Shown here piece after piece: positions 19,896 through 28,600 of a stretch of 64,000 nt of DNA (the stretch's first letter is position 1; every line of letters begins with the position of its first letter). Location: assembly GCA_035485735.1 (NCBI GenBank), contig DATHNS010000015.1, forward strand, positions 38,881 to 102,880. The letters are read 5' to 3'. Under the pieces are notes generated by a model, which saw nothing but the letters and a program-made list of their open reading frames with translations, was not told the origin of the DNA and ran no database searches. The translations under genes were made by a program, and so were the position numbers. The stretch comes from Ferruginibacter sp. Lineage in GTDB: Bacteria; Bacteroidota; Bacteroidia; Chitinophagales; Chitinophagaceae.

Positions 19896-20966
19896 ATGCA
19901 GCGCCTTTCCAAAATAATAACCACACAATTCAAAAATTACTCACTCACATCTTTCAATTTTACTGAAAGAGTAGTAGGCATTTGCGGACCTAACGGGAAA
20001 GGCAAGACAAATCTTTTGGATGCTATTTATTACCTGAGTTTTACCAAAAGCTATTTCTCCAAATCTGATTCGATGAATATTTTATTTGGAGCAGATGGAT
20101 TTCGACTGGAAGGTGATTTTGGAGAACAAAAAGTTATTTGCATTCATCGCGGTATTGGAAAAAAAGAATTGTTTTTGAATGATGTTCCTTATGAAAAATT
20201 CTCGCAACATATCGGCAGGTTTCCTTGTGTGATGATCGCTCCGGATGATATTGAATTAATAACAGGCGCCAGCGAAGAACGCAGAAAATTCATTGATACG
20301 GTCTTAAGCCAGATGGATGCCGATTACCTGCAACAATTGATACAATACACCAAAGTGCTGCAACAAAGAAACAGTTTATTAAAACGCTTTGCTGAACAAG
20401 GAAAAACAGATTGGCATTTATTAGAAGTGTTAGATGAACAGTTAATAAAACCGGGAGAATATATTTACGCGAAAAGAAAAGATTTTACGGCAGCTTTGAT
20501 ACCATTGGTACAAAAATTTTACAAACAAATTGCAGATAACCATGAAAGCGTAACACTCCAGTATGAAAGCCAGCTGAACGCAAATAATTTTCAGGCATTG
20601 ATCAATCAATTCAGAGAAAAAGATTTCCTGTTACAACGTAGTAATGGTGGCGTACACAAAGACGATATCACTATACAACTAGACGGGCAAATATTTAAAA
20701 ACATTGCATCACAGGGACAACGAAAGAGTTTGTTATTTGCGCTTAAGCTGGCAGAATTCGAATTATTAAAAACAAAAAAGGGCTTTGCTCCATTGCTATT
20801 GTTAGATGATGTTTTTGAAAAGCTGGACAATGAGCGCATGCAAAATCTATTACACTGGGTTTGTAATGAAAATAAAGGGCAGGTCTTTATTACCGATACG
20901 CACCAGGAAAGGCTGGAGTTGGCGCTGACAGCATTAGATACGACTTACCAGATCATATCAATTTAA
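19896..20966 (+). CDS. recF: DNA replication/repair protein RecF
   Basis: FKNY, GPNGKGKTNLLDAIYYLS, ERRKFID, SQGQRK, LLLDDVF; start moved to ATG 19896. Confidence 0.95.
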   Translation: MQRLSKIITTQFKNYSLTSFNFTERVVGICGPNGKGKTNLLDAIYYLSFTKSYFSKSDSMNILFGADGFRLEGDFGEQKVICIHRGIGKKELFLNDVPYEKFSQHIGRFPCVMIAPDDIELITGASEERRKFIDTVLSQMDADYLQQLIQYTKVLQQRNSLLKRFAEQGKTDWHLLEVLDEQLIKPGEYIYAKRKDFTAALIPLVQKFYKQIADNHESVTLQYESQLNANNFQALINQFREKDFLLQRSNGGVHKDDITIQLDGQIFKNIASQGQRKSLLFALKLAEFELLKTKKGFAPLLLLDDVFEKLDNERMQNLLHWVCNENKGQVFITDTHQERLELALTALDTTYQIISI

Positions 20967-21037
20967 TGGTAAATTGTAAATGGTAAATGGTAAATTGCAG
21001 TAGCAATGATCCCTTATATCATTTACAATTTACAATT
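20965..21037. repeat. Heptamer-arm palindrome (AATGGTA family)
   Basis: AATGGTA AATTGTA AATGGTA AATGGTA AATTGCA ... TATCATTTACAATTTACAATT. Confidence 0.88.
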
Positions 21038-21043
21038 ACTACC

Positions 21044-21325
21044 GTGGGTGAATTTTCAATGCAAGATGCTATTAAACAATTTCTGCAGCAAAGCCGCTTA
21101 AAGAGTGGTATGCAGGCGATGCGCATTGAAGAAATATGGGAACAGATAATGGGTAAGACAATTGCGAAGTACACTGATAAAATTCAAATCATTAATCAAA
21201 CTTTATTTATCAATACAGCCGTTGGGCCACTAAAGAACGAGCTATTATATCAAAAGGATAAAATAATAGAAAGAGTAAATGAAGCCTTGGGAGAAAAAGT
21301 AATTACGGAAGTGGTGATTAAGTAA
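21044..21325 (+). CDS. DUF721/DciA-like protein
   Basis: W.QIMG..IAKYT..I.I....LFI......LKNEL pattern directly after recF; start moved to GTG 21044. Confidence 0.8.
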   Translation: MGEFSMQDAIKQFLQQSRLKSGMQAMRIEEIWEQIMGKTIAKYTDKIQIINQTLFINTAVGPLKNELLYQKDKIIERVNEALGEKVITEVVIK

Positions 21326-21404
21326 GAAGTGAAAAGTCAAAACCAAAAAGTAGAGAGACTTTATAACTTATGGGTTTTCACTTTTGCCTTTTGACTTTGG
21401 CTTA
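21325..21404. repeat. Heptamer-arm palindrome (AAAGTYA family) filling a convergent intergenic gap
   Basis: AGAAGTG AAAAGTC AAAACCA AAAAGTA ... TAACTTA TGGGTTT TCACTTT TGCCTTT TGACTTT. Confidence 0.85.
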
Positions 21405-22430
21405 CATTCGCACCCTCGGATCCACCATCCCATACAATACGTCTGCTAAAAGATTGATCACAATAAAGATGCAGGCGCTTACCAACACAGCGCCCATAAC
21501 TACAGGATAATCTAATTTCTCTAACGCGTCTACCGTTATTTTTCCGATACCTTTCCAACCAAAAATATATTCAACAAAAAATGCACCTGCTAATAATTCT
21601 GCAAACCAGCTGGTGATGGCAGTGATAACAGGGTTCAATGCATTGCGTAAAGCATGCTTAAAAATCACTGTGTTTTTGCTAAGCCCTTTTGCATAAGCAG
21701 TGCGTATATAATCCTGATTCAACACATCCAGCATACTACTGCGCGTTAGTTGTGTTATGATCGCCAGCGGACGAATGCCCAGTGTAAATGTCGGCAGAAT
21801 TAAATTTTTTAAAGTCAGGTATTTTTCTCCGGTTACTTCATCAATATCAAACCAGCTGCCCGTTAAATTCAATCCTGTAATAGGATGTAGCACCACCCCA
21901 AATAAAAAAGCAATGATGATCGCCATAAAAAAAGAAGGTGCCGATATACCCGCAATACTTGCAAATACGGCAGAAGTATCCAACCATGTTCCTTTTTTTA
22001 CTGCTGCAATTACCCCCAACAGTATGCCTATTATTGTCGCGAATAACATGGCGGCAATTGCTAACAATAAAGTGCCGGGCAATGCTTCCATTAAAATGGC
22101 CCCTACATTTTTTTTGGTTTGATAACTTTTACCCAGGTAAGGGATCTTAAAGCCGATTTTTGTATCCCCTCCAATAAATAGACCATGTAAATTTTTTCGG
22201 GCGATATCATTTTGCGTGTGGATACAAATTGGCGAAACATCATTTACATATAAAACAAATTGTTTCCATTTCGGTTGATCGAGATACAGGTCTTTACGGA
22301 TATTATCCATCGTTCTTTTATCGCCTGTTTGTCCGACGATCAGGCGTGCAGGATCGCCAAATCCCTGAAACATAATAAAGACAAGGATCACAACGCCTAG
22401 TAAAACTAATATTGAATAGATGACTTTCAA
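21402..22430 (-). CDS. ABC transporter permease, DppB/OppB family
   Basis: GDPAR, YLGKSY, ALPGTLLL, TRSSMLDVLNQDYIRTAYAKGL (EAA-type loop), LDYPVVMG; start codon uncertain (TTG). Confidence 0.92.
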   Translation of the reverse strand: MKVIYSILVLLGVVILVFIMFQGFGDPARLIVGQTGDKRTMDNIRKDLYLDQPKWKQFVLYVNDVSPICIHTQNDIARKNLHGLFIGGDTKIGFKIPYLGKSYQTKKNVGAILMEALPGTLLLAIAAMLFATIIGILLGVIAAVKKGTWLDTSAVFASIAGISAPSFFMAIIIAFLFGVVLHPITGLNLTGSWFDIDEVTGEKYLTLKNLILPTFTLGIRPLAIITQLTRSSMLDVLNQDYIRTAYAKGLSKNTVIFKHALRNALNPVITAITSWFAELLAGAFFVEYIFGWKGIGKITVDALEKLDYPVVMGAVLVSACIFIVINLLADVLYGMVDPRVRM

Positions 22431-22442
22431 ATAAATCTTGTT

Positions 22443-22943
22443 TTAATGACAAGTTTGTAATTGCTCACCTGTAGGAAGATCAAACCCATTATTGTCTATT
22501 TGATCTTCAAATTTAAAACTATCGATTAGCATATTTGCAGGTAAACACGGCAACTCATACAACTTGCCACAAATACCAATTTTTCTATTGCCTGTTGTTA
22601 CTGCCTGTATCCTATAATAAAATTTTACGGGCGTACTGCTTATGGTCGTAGGCTTCCAACTCTCAAATAATGATGTAGTAGTAAAAACAACATCATTATT
22701 TGTATTGTACAACGTGAAAGAAATGGAATCTATATTTTTTAGAGATGGCCTGCAAATATCATTTAGTCCATCGCCATTAGGTGTAAAAGCTGTAGGCATA
22801 TATATCCTTGCACTATCGTTCGTACCTAATGTATCTGTTATTAGTCCGTCGCAACTAGCAACAGTTCCGTTATCACCGGCAGTCTTCCTACAACTAAACA
22901 ATGAAATAACTGCAATTAAGATTATGGAAATATTTTTTTTCAT
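22443..22943 (-). CDS. Lipoprotein with an internal T9SS type-B CTD-like domain
   Basis: MKKNISIILIAVISLFSC lipobox (start moved to 22943); IYMPTAFTPNGDGLND motif. Confidence 0.75.
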   Translation of the reverse strand: MKKNISIILIAVISLFSCRKTAGDNGTVASCDGLITDTLGTNDSARIYMPTAFTPNGDGLNDICRPSLKNIDSISFTLYNTNNDVVFTTTSLFESWKPTTISSTPVKFYYRIQAVTTGNRKIGICGKLYELPCLPANMLIDSFKFEDQIDNNGFDLPTGEQLQTCH

Positions 22944-22965
22944 AGGATAGTTTAAAAGATATAAT

Positions 22966-24099
22966 TCATTTCGAAGCACTTTCAATATCTGCAGCGCCCC
23001 ATTTATCTTCAATCACCGGGCCATCCATTAAAAACAAGGTAGGTGTTGCACGTGCTGCCGTTTTAATGGCCGTTACATCAGCAGTATATATCGGCACATT
23101 GTACTTTTGCTTTACATTCATAAAGCTATCCACCTTCTCTCTGTCTGATGTAATGACATAAATATTTTCACCGTTGTCCTTTGCCTTTTTCTTTATATCG
23201 ACGAAACTTTTTATCCAATAAAAAACATTTCTTCTGTCTAATTTATTTAAAAAGAATAAATAATATTTTCCATGTTGAGATAAAATGGCTTCGGTAGAAT
23301 CATTACCGTTAACATCGGTCAGAGAAAAATCATTGATAAGAGGTTGATTATTTTTCCCTTTTTCAACAATTACATCTTTTCTTGTTTCTGGCTCAATTTG
23401 CCAGGTTGAATCTGGATATTGAGGAGAAGTAAACACTTTTTCTTCCTGCCCTTTTTTATATGTAAAAGAAATTTCTACTTTATCTGGTATAGCATCAGCA
23501 GGCATTTGACGCAATGCTAATATATTATTGCCTTTTTTAAATGGCAGGCAATCGATCACTGGCAAATGCTCCAGTACATGTGATTGTAAAAAAACAACGC
23601 CCATTACTGTTAGTGCCACGATACCGAAATTTGACATTGCCTGAAAAAGCGGATGGATATGTTTTCTTCCTGTTACAAGAATAATGATCAATGCAAGCAA
23701 GACGAGATTCTTAATGAATGTTTGCATATCCGTTAACGGAATACAATTGCCAAAACAACCGCACTCTCTTATATTTCCGGTAAACAAAGAATAGGCTGTC
23801 AAAAAAGTATAAAACAATGTCATCCAAAACAACACCCACACTACGATATTTTTTCTCCACCCGATCAATAGGGCAACACCCGCAAGCACTTCAACCGTGA
23901 TCATTACTACTGAAAAGGCAAGCGCAAAATCATGCAGACTGTTCATTACAGACCCCATCGCACCACCGCCTGCACCCCATGCTTCAAAAAATTCCTGTGT
24001 TTTATACGCCAGTCCTAATGGATCCATCGCTTTTACAATACCCGAAAAAATGAACAGCAGCCCTACAATAACTCTCGCAATATTTACAATTGTTTTCAT
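22966..24099 (-). CDS. BT_3928-like DoxX/MauE membrane protein with soluble C-terminal domain
   Basis: RVIVGLLFIFSGIVKAMDP, EVLAG, ECGCFG, DCLPFKKG. Confidence 0.8.
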   Translation of the reverse strand: MKTIVNIARVIVGLLFIFSGIVKAMDPLGLAYKTQEFFEAWGAGGGAMGSVMNSLHDFALAFSVVMITVEVLAGVALLIGWRKNIVVWVLFWMTLFYTFLTAYSLFTGNIRECGCFGNCIPLTDMQTFIKNLVLLALIIILVTGRKHIHPLFQAMSNFGIVALTVMGVVFLQSHVLEHLPVIDCLPFKKGNNILALRQMPADAIPDKVEISFTYKKGQEEKVFTSPQYPDSTWQIEPETRKDVIVEKGKNNQPLINDFSLTDVNGNDSTEAILSQHGKYYLFFLNKLDRRNVFYWIKSFVDIKKKAKDNGENIYVITSDREKVDSFMNVKQKYNVPIYTADVTAIKTAARATPTLFLMDGPVIEDKWGAADIESASK

Positions 24100-24179
24100 G
24101 ATTCGTATTTATTCCCATTCCCTGAAGGGGTGTTATGAGAAGATTAATAATTTATTTTACCCTTTATTTTTATTGCATA

Positions 24180-24725
24180 CTATTTATGCTTCCCTTCTTC
24201 GATCAATATTAAAGCAAATGCAGCATAATTGATGATATCATAAAAATTTGCATCAATCCCTTCACTGATCAAAGTTTCGCCTTTATTGGCAATGATCTGT
24301 TTAATGCGTAATAATTTTGCTAAAGTTAGATCTGCAAAACTTTCCTGGCTCATTTCTCTCCATGCTTCGCCATAATCATGGTTTTTATCGAGCATTAATT
24401 TTTTAGCGATGCCGGCCTGTTCATTGTATAATTTTTCCACTTCGGTAACCGGTAATTCTTCTATCTCATCTTTATCAATACCCAGTTGTATCAGGCCAAT
24501 GATCGCATAGTTTAAAATTCCCTTGAACTCACTACGGATATCATCCCCGATCTTTTGCGCTCCTTTTTCCTGGATGGTACGAATGCGCTTGGCTTTAATG
24601 TATATTTGATCGGCAACAGAAATGATCCTGTAAACACGCCAGGAAGTGCCATAATCTTTTGTTTTCTTTAAAAAAATCTCCTTGCAGGATTGTACCGCTG
24701 AATCGTATTGCTGAATTGTGTTCAT
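24180..24725 (-). CDS. DUF1599 domain protein
   Basis: Two F/M..K..DYG.(S/A)WR half-repeats, DQIYIKAKRIR, DIINYA. Confidence 0.85.
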   Translation of the reverse strand: MNTIQQYDSAVQSCKEIFLKKTKDYGTSWRVYRIISVADQIYIKAKRIRTIQEKGAQKIGDDIRSEFKGILNYAIIGLIQLGIDKDEIEELPVTEVEKLYNEQAGIAKKLMLDKNHDYGEAWREMSQESFADLTLAKLLRIKQIIANKGETLISEGIDANFYDIINYAAFALILIEEGKHK

Positions 24726-24743
24726 CGTTTGATAAATGTCTTA

Positions 24744-24751
24744 TACTTTTG
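24744..24751 (+). promoter_or_regulatory. -7 element for folP
   Basis: TACTTTTG. Confidence 0.7.
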
Positions 24752-24779
24752 TCGAACTCAAAATTAATCGTTTACACTG

Positions 24780-25604
24780 ATGTATACACTTAACTGCAAA
24801 GGAAAATTGTTAATAATAGATAAACCGCTATTAATGGGTATCATTAATGTTACGCCCGATTCATTTTATGATGGTGGTATGAATGACAGCCTTAGCAGCG
24901 TTATCACTTTAGCAGAAAAAATGGTTACTGATGGAGCAGATATACTGGATGTAGGCGGACAAAGCACCAGGCCAAATAGCGAACGTATTGGCATAGACGA
25001 AGAATTAAAACGGGTATTACCTGTTATTGAAGCTCTTCATCATCACTTTCCCCAGCTTGTTATTTCTGTTGATACCTACCATAGCAAGGTAGCTGCACTT
25101 GCCATTGCTGCTGGAGCTTCTATCGTAAATGACGTAAGTGCGGGCAATATGGATGTGGCTATGATCTCAACTGTTGCTGCATTAAAAGTACCGTACGTCT
25201 GCATGCACATGAAAGGAACACCCGATACGATGCAAAAAGATCCTGTATACGATGATGTTGTAAAAGATGTGTTGGATTTTTTTATCCATAAAACGGATGA
25301 ATGCAAAAAAGCCGGCATTGCCGATGTGATCATTGATCCGGGATTTGGGTTTGGCAAGACCACTCAACATAACTTTCATTTGCTTAAAAACTTAAATATT
25401 TTTTCGATGCTGCAAAAACCCATTTTAGCGGGTCTTTCCAGAAAAGCCAGTATTTATAAAACATTAGGCGTAACGGCTGCGGAAGCCTTGAACGGAACAA
25501 CGGTAGTAAATACTATGGCATTGATGAATGGTGCTTCCATTCTCAGGGTTCACGATATAAAGGAAGCCAAACAGGCGATAAAATTGTTCACGGAATATCG
25601 TTAA
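24780..25604 (+). CDS. folP: Dihydropteroate synthase
   Basis: MGIINVTPDSFYDGG, DVGGQSTRP, SVDTY, DPGFGFGKT, SRK, LRVHD. Confidence 0.98.
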   Translation: MYTLNCKGKLLIIDKPLLMGIINVTPDSFYDGGMNDSLSSVITLAEKMVTDGADILDVGGQSTRPNSERIGIDEELKRVLPVIEALHHHFPQLVISVDTYHSKVAALAIAAGASIVNDVSAGNMDVAMISTVAALKVPYVCMHMKGTPDTMQKDPVYDDVVKDVLDFFIHKTDECKKAGIADVIIDPGFGFGKTTQHNFHLLKNLNIFSMLQKPILAGLSRKASIYKTLGVTAAEALNGTTVVNTMALMNGASILRVHDIKEAKQAIKLFTEYR

Positions 25605-25685
25605 TATCTTCCTGATAATGATTAATTTTATAGCATAATAATCTAATTAACGATCTCGCATTTTAATGACCTAATTGCACTGCTT

Positions 25686-28600
25686 ATGACTCTTTTTACT
25701 TTTTCTGTTAGAAAAGCATTACTGTTTCTTTTCTTTTTTTTACTAAGCATTTTTCAGGTTGCCTACGCTACTAATATTCAATCTACAGGTGCAGGCGGAG
25801 CCTGGAATAGCACAGCTTCCTGGTCACCGGCACAAGTGCCTACTGCGGGCGATGTTGTTACGATCAATAGCGGTTCGCCCGTTAGTATAACGATCCCTGC
25901 TGCCTGTGCTACTATTACAGTTAACACCGGCGCTACTTTAACGATGCTGAGTAGCATTACCGTTACCGGTTCGGTTACTGTAAACGGTACGCTTAACTGT
26001 ACAACAAATTTTATTTTTGGTGCCTGTAGCTTTACATTGGCTAACAGCAATAGCGCTTTTTTGATGATCGGTGATCCTGGTGGTATAACAACCAACCCTA
26101 CTCTTTCGGGAAACATTGAAAACACCGGTGGCCGTAGTTTTCCTTCTTCAGCTAATTACATGTATGATGGTGTTGCGAATCAAAATACCGGTAGTGGATT
26201 ACCTACAACAATAAATGGAGGAGGATCGCTTACAATAGATAATACGGGTACGTCCCCAACAAATGTAGTTACGTTAACTGCTGCAACCTCATCCATTCAA
26301 AATATAAATTTACAGGCAGGGAGCCTATCATTAAATGGCAAAACGGTCACAGTAAACGGCACTATTTTAAACACTGGAGGAAACCTGGCTACAACAAGCG
26401 CCGGCGCTGATGGAGGAAATTTTATTATTAACGGAGCCTCCCTTACCGGGCCTACAACATTTTACAATCTTAACTGCGTTTCAACTAATTCAACGATCAC
26501 TACTTCAGGATTAAATTCGCCACTAATTGATGGCACATTGCTTATTAATTCTTCTATCAGGTTTGGAGGAACTAATTCACCAAGATATGCGAGTGGCTCA
26601 ACATTAAGTTATGCAGGGAACCCTAATAACAGAGGTTTGGAATGGAACGCGGATCTTACTACTACACCCACCATTGGTGTTACACAAGGTTATCCTTACA
26701 ATGTATTTATAAATAGTGGTTCTGATTTCGATATATGTAATTATAAGGATAATGGAAATGATGGTGCAATACCTCGCGGTTTGGCAGGCAATCTTACTAC
26801 TTCAGCGTTAACAATGTTAGACTGGATAAATTATTCAGATAATACGCAACCTGCTTATTATCTAAACCCGCTACTAAATCAAACAGGTTCCTTCACTGTT
26901 GGAGGCAATATGATCGTAAATGCGGGGGGTAACATTAATATGTCGAAAATTGGTGGCAGCGGCGCTTTTACAATAACAGGTAGTTTAACGATCAATGGAG
27001 CTGGAGCTAATGTGGATTTAGATAGCATGACCAATATATTTAGTGTTGGTAATGGCATAACATTAAATAATGGTTCATTAAATGTTGGCTATACAGGTGT
27101 TGCAACGAAGCTACAGGTCACGGGTGATATCGTTCAAAATGGAGGCACTATCACTGATTCATCCGGCGTAATGAGTTTAACAGGAAATTTCACCAAAACA
27201 GGCGGCACATTTAGTACGGGAAAAGGAACGGTAGATTTTGATGGCTCAACAACACAAACCTTTACTACGAATTTAGCGAGTGAAACTTTCAATAGTTTAA
27301 TTATCGCTAATACTTCGGCCAATGTAGTATTGGCAAAAAATCTCACGGTCAATGATTCACTTTTATTTACAAAGGGATTACTTGTTACTGGTGCAAACAC
27401 CCTGACAATGGCTACTGGAGGGATAGTTTCAAATGCATCACAAAGCACAGGTTGGGTAGATGGTAATTTACAAAGAAACATAACGGGCACAAGTCCTTAT
27501 GTTTTTGATGTCGGGGATGCTACCAAATACACACCCGCAACAATAACATTCAATTCTGTTACCACACCCGGTGAAATAACCGTAAGTAGTGCCGGGCCTT
27601 TCACCAGTATGCCGGGACTAGGCTCTTTTGCATTGTCAACAACCAGTTATGCAGACAGGTTTTGGACCATCACAAAAAACAGTGGTACCTATGGTAATTA
27701 CACTGGCGCTTTTACTTACGGCACTGCAAGTTTAACCGGTATTGCTACGCCCGCGGCATTGGAGGCCGGTGTATATAATGGGACTTCCTGGACCTATCCA
27801 TCTTCGAGCTATACGGGAGGTACAACTATTACGGCAACAGGCATTACAGCATTAGGAGGTGCAGCAACTACAGTAGCTTTAGCTATATGTGTAACTCCAA
27901 CAACCTATGCTGTAACAGGCGGAGGAGCTTATTGCGCAGGCGGCGCTGGAGAACCAGTAGGACTTAATAATTCACAAAATGGAATAAACTATCAATTACA
28001 AATAGGTGGCACTAATACAGGCGCCCCTGTTGCAGGCACTGGAGCTGTTATTAGTTTTGGTAATCAAACAGCTGCAGGTACCTATACTGTAGTGGCAACT
28101 AATACTGCAACAGCTTGCACTAATCCTATGACAGGATCTGCAGTTGTTTCAATCAATGCCTTGCCGACACCAACATTTACAGCTCAACCGGGAGCGAGCA
28201 TTTGTAATAATACATCGGCTACTTATACGACACAAGCCGGACAAACAAATTATATATGGACAATACCGGGTACAGCCGGCACTGCTTACACTATAACTTC
28301 GGGTGGAACTGCTACCGATAACACGGTTACACTAACATGGTTAACAGCAGGCAGCAAAACAGTGAAAGTAAATTATAGCAGTGCTGTTGGTTCTTGTCTG
28401 GGTGCTGCGCCTGCTTCTTCTACTACAACGGTAAATGCATCGCCTGTACCAACATATACAGGAATTCCGCCGGCAGAAATATGTGTAGGTAATAGCGTCA
28501 CCTATGCTACACAGGTAGGAAATTCGAATTATCTATGGAGCGTTCCAGGTACTAACGGAGTTGATTATACGATCATATCGGGAGGAACAGGAACAACAAA

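Noticed and set aside
19740-19928. N-terminal extensions in the ORF track for pdhA and recF (also 20987, 23012, 32911, 37938)
   Set aside because: The extensions cross promoters or repeats and would make divergent genes overlap; downstream starts match family N-termini.
22966-24099. Triosephosphate isomerase label sometimes attached to this family
   Set aside because: No TIM motifs; the protein is a multi-pass membrane protein.
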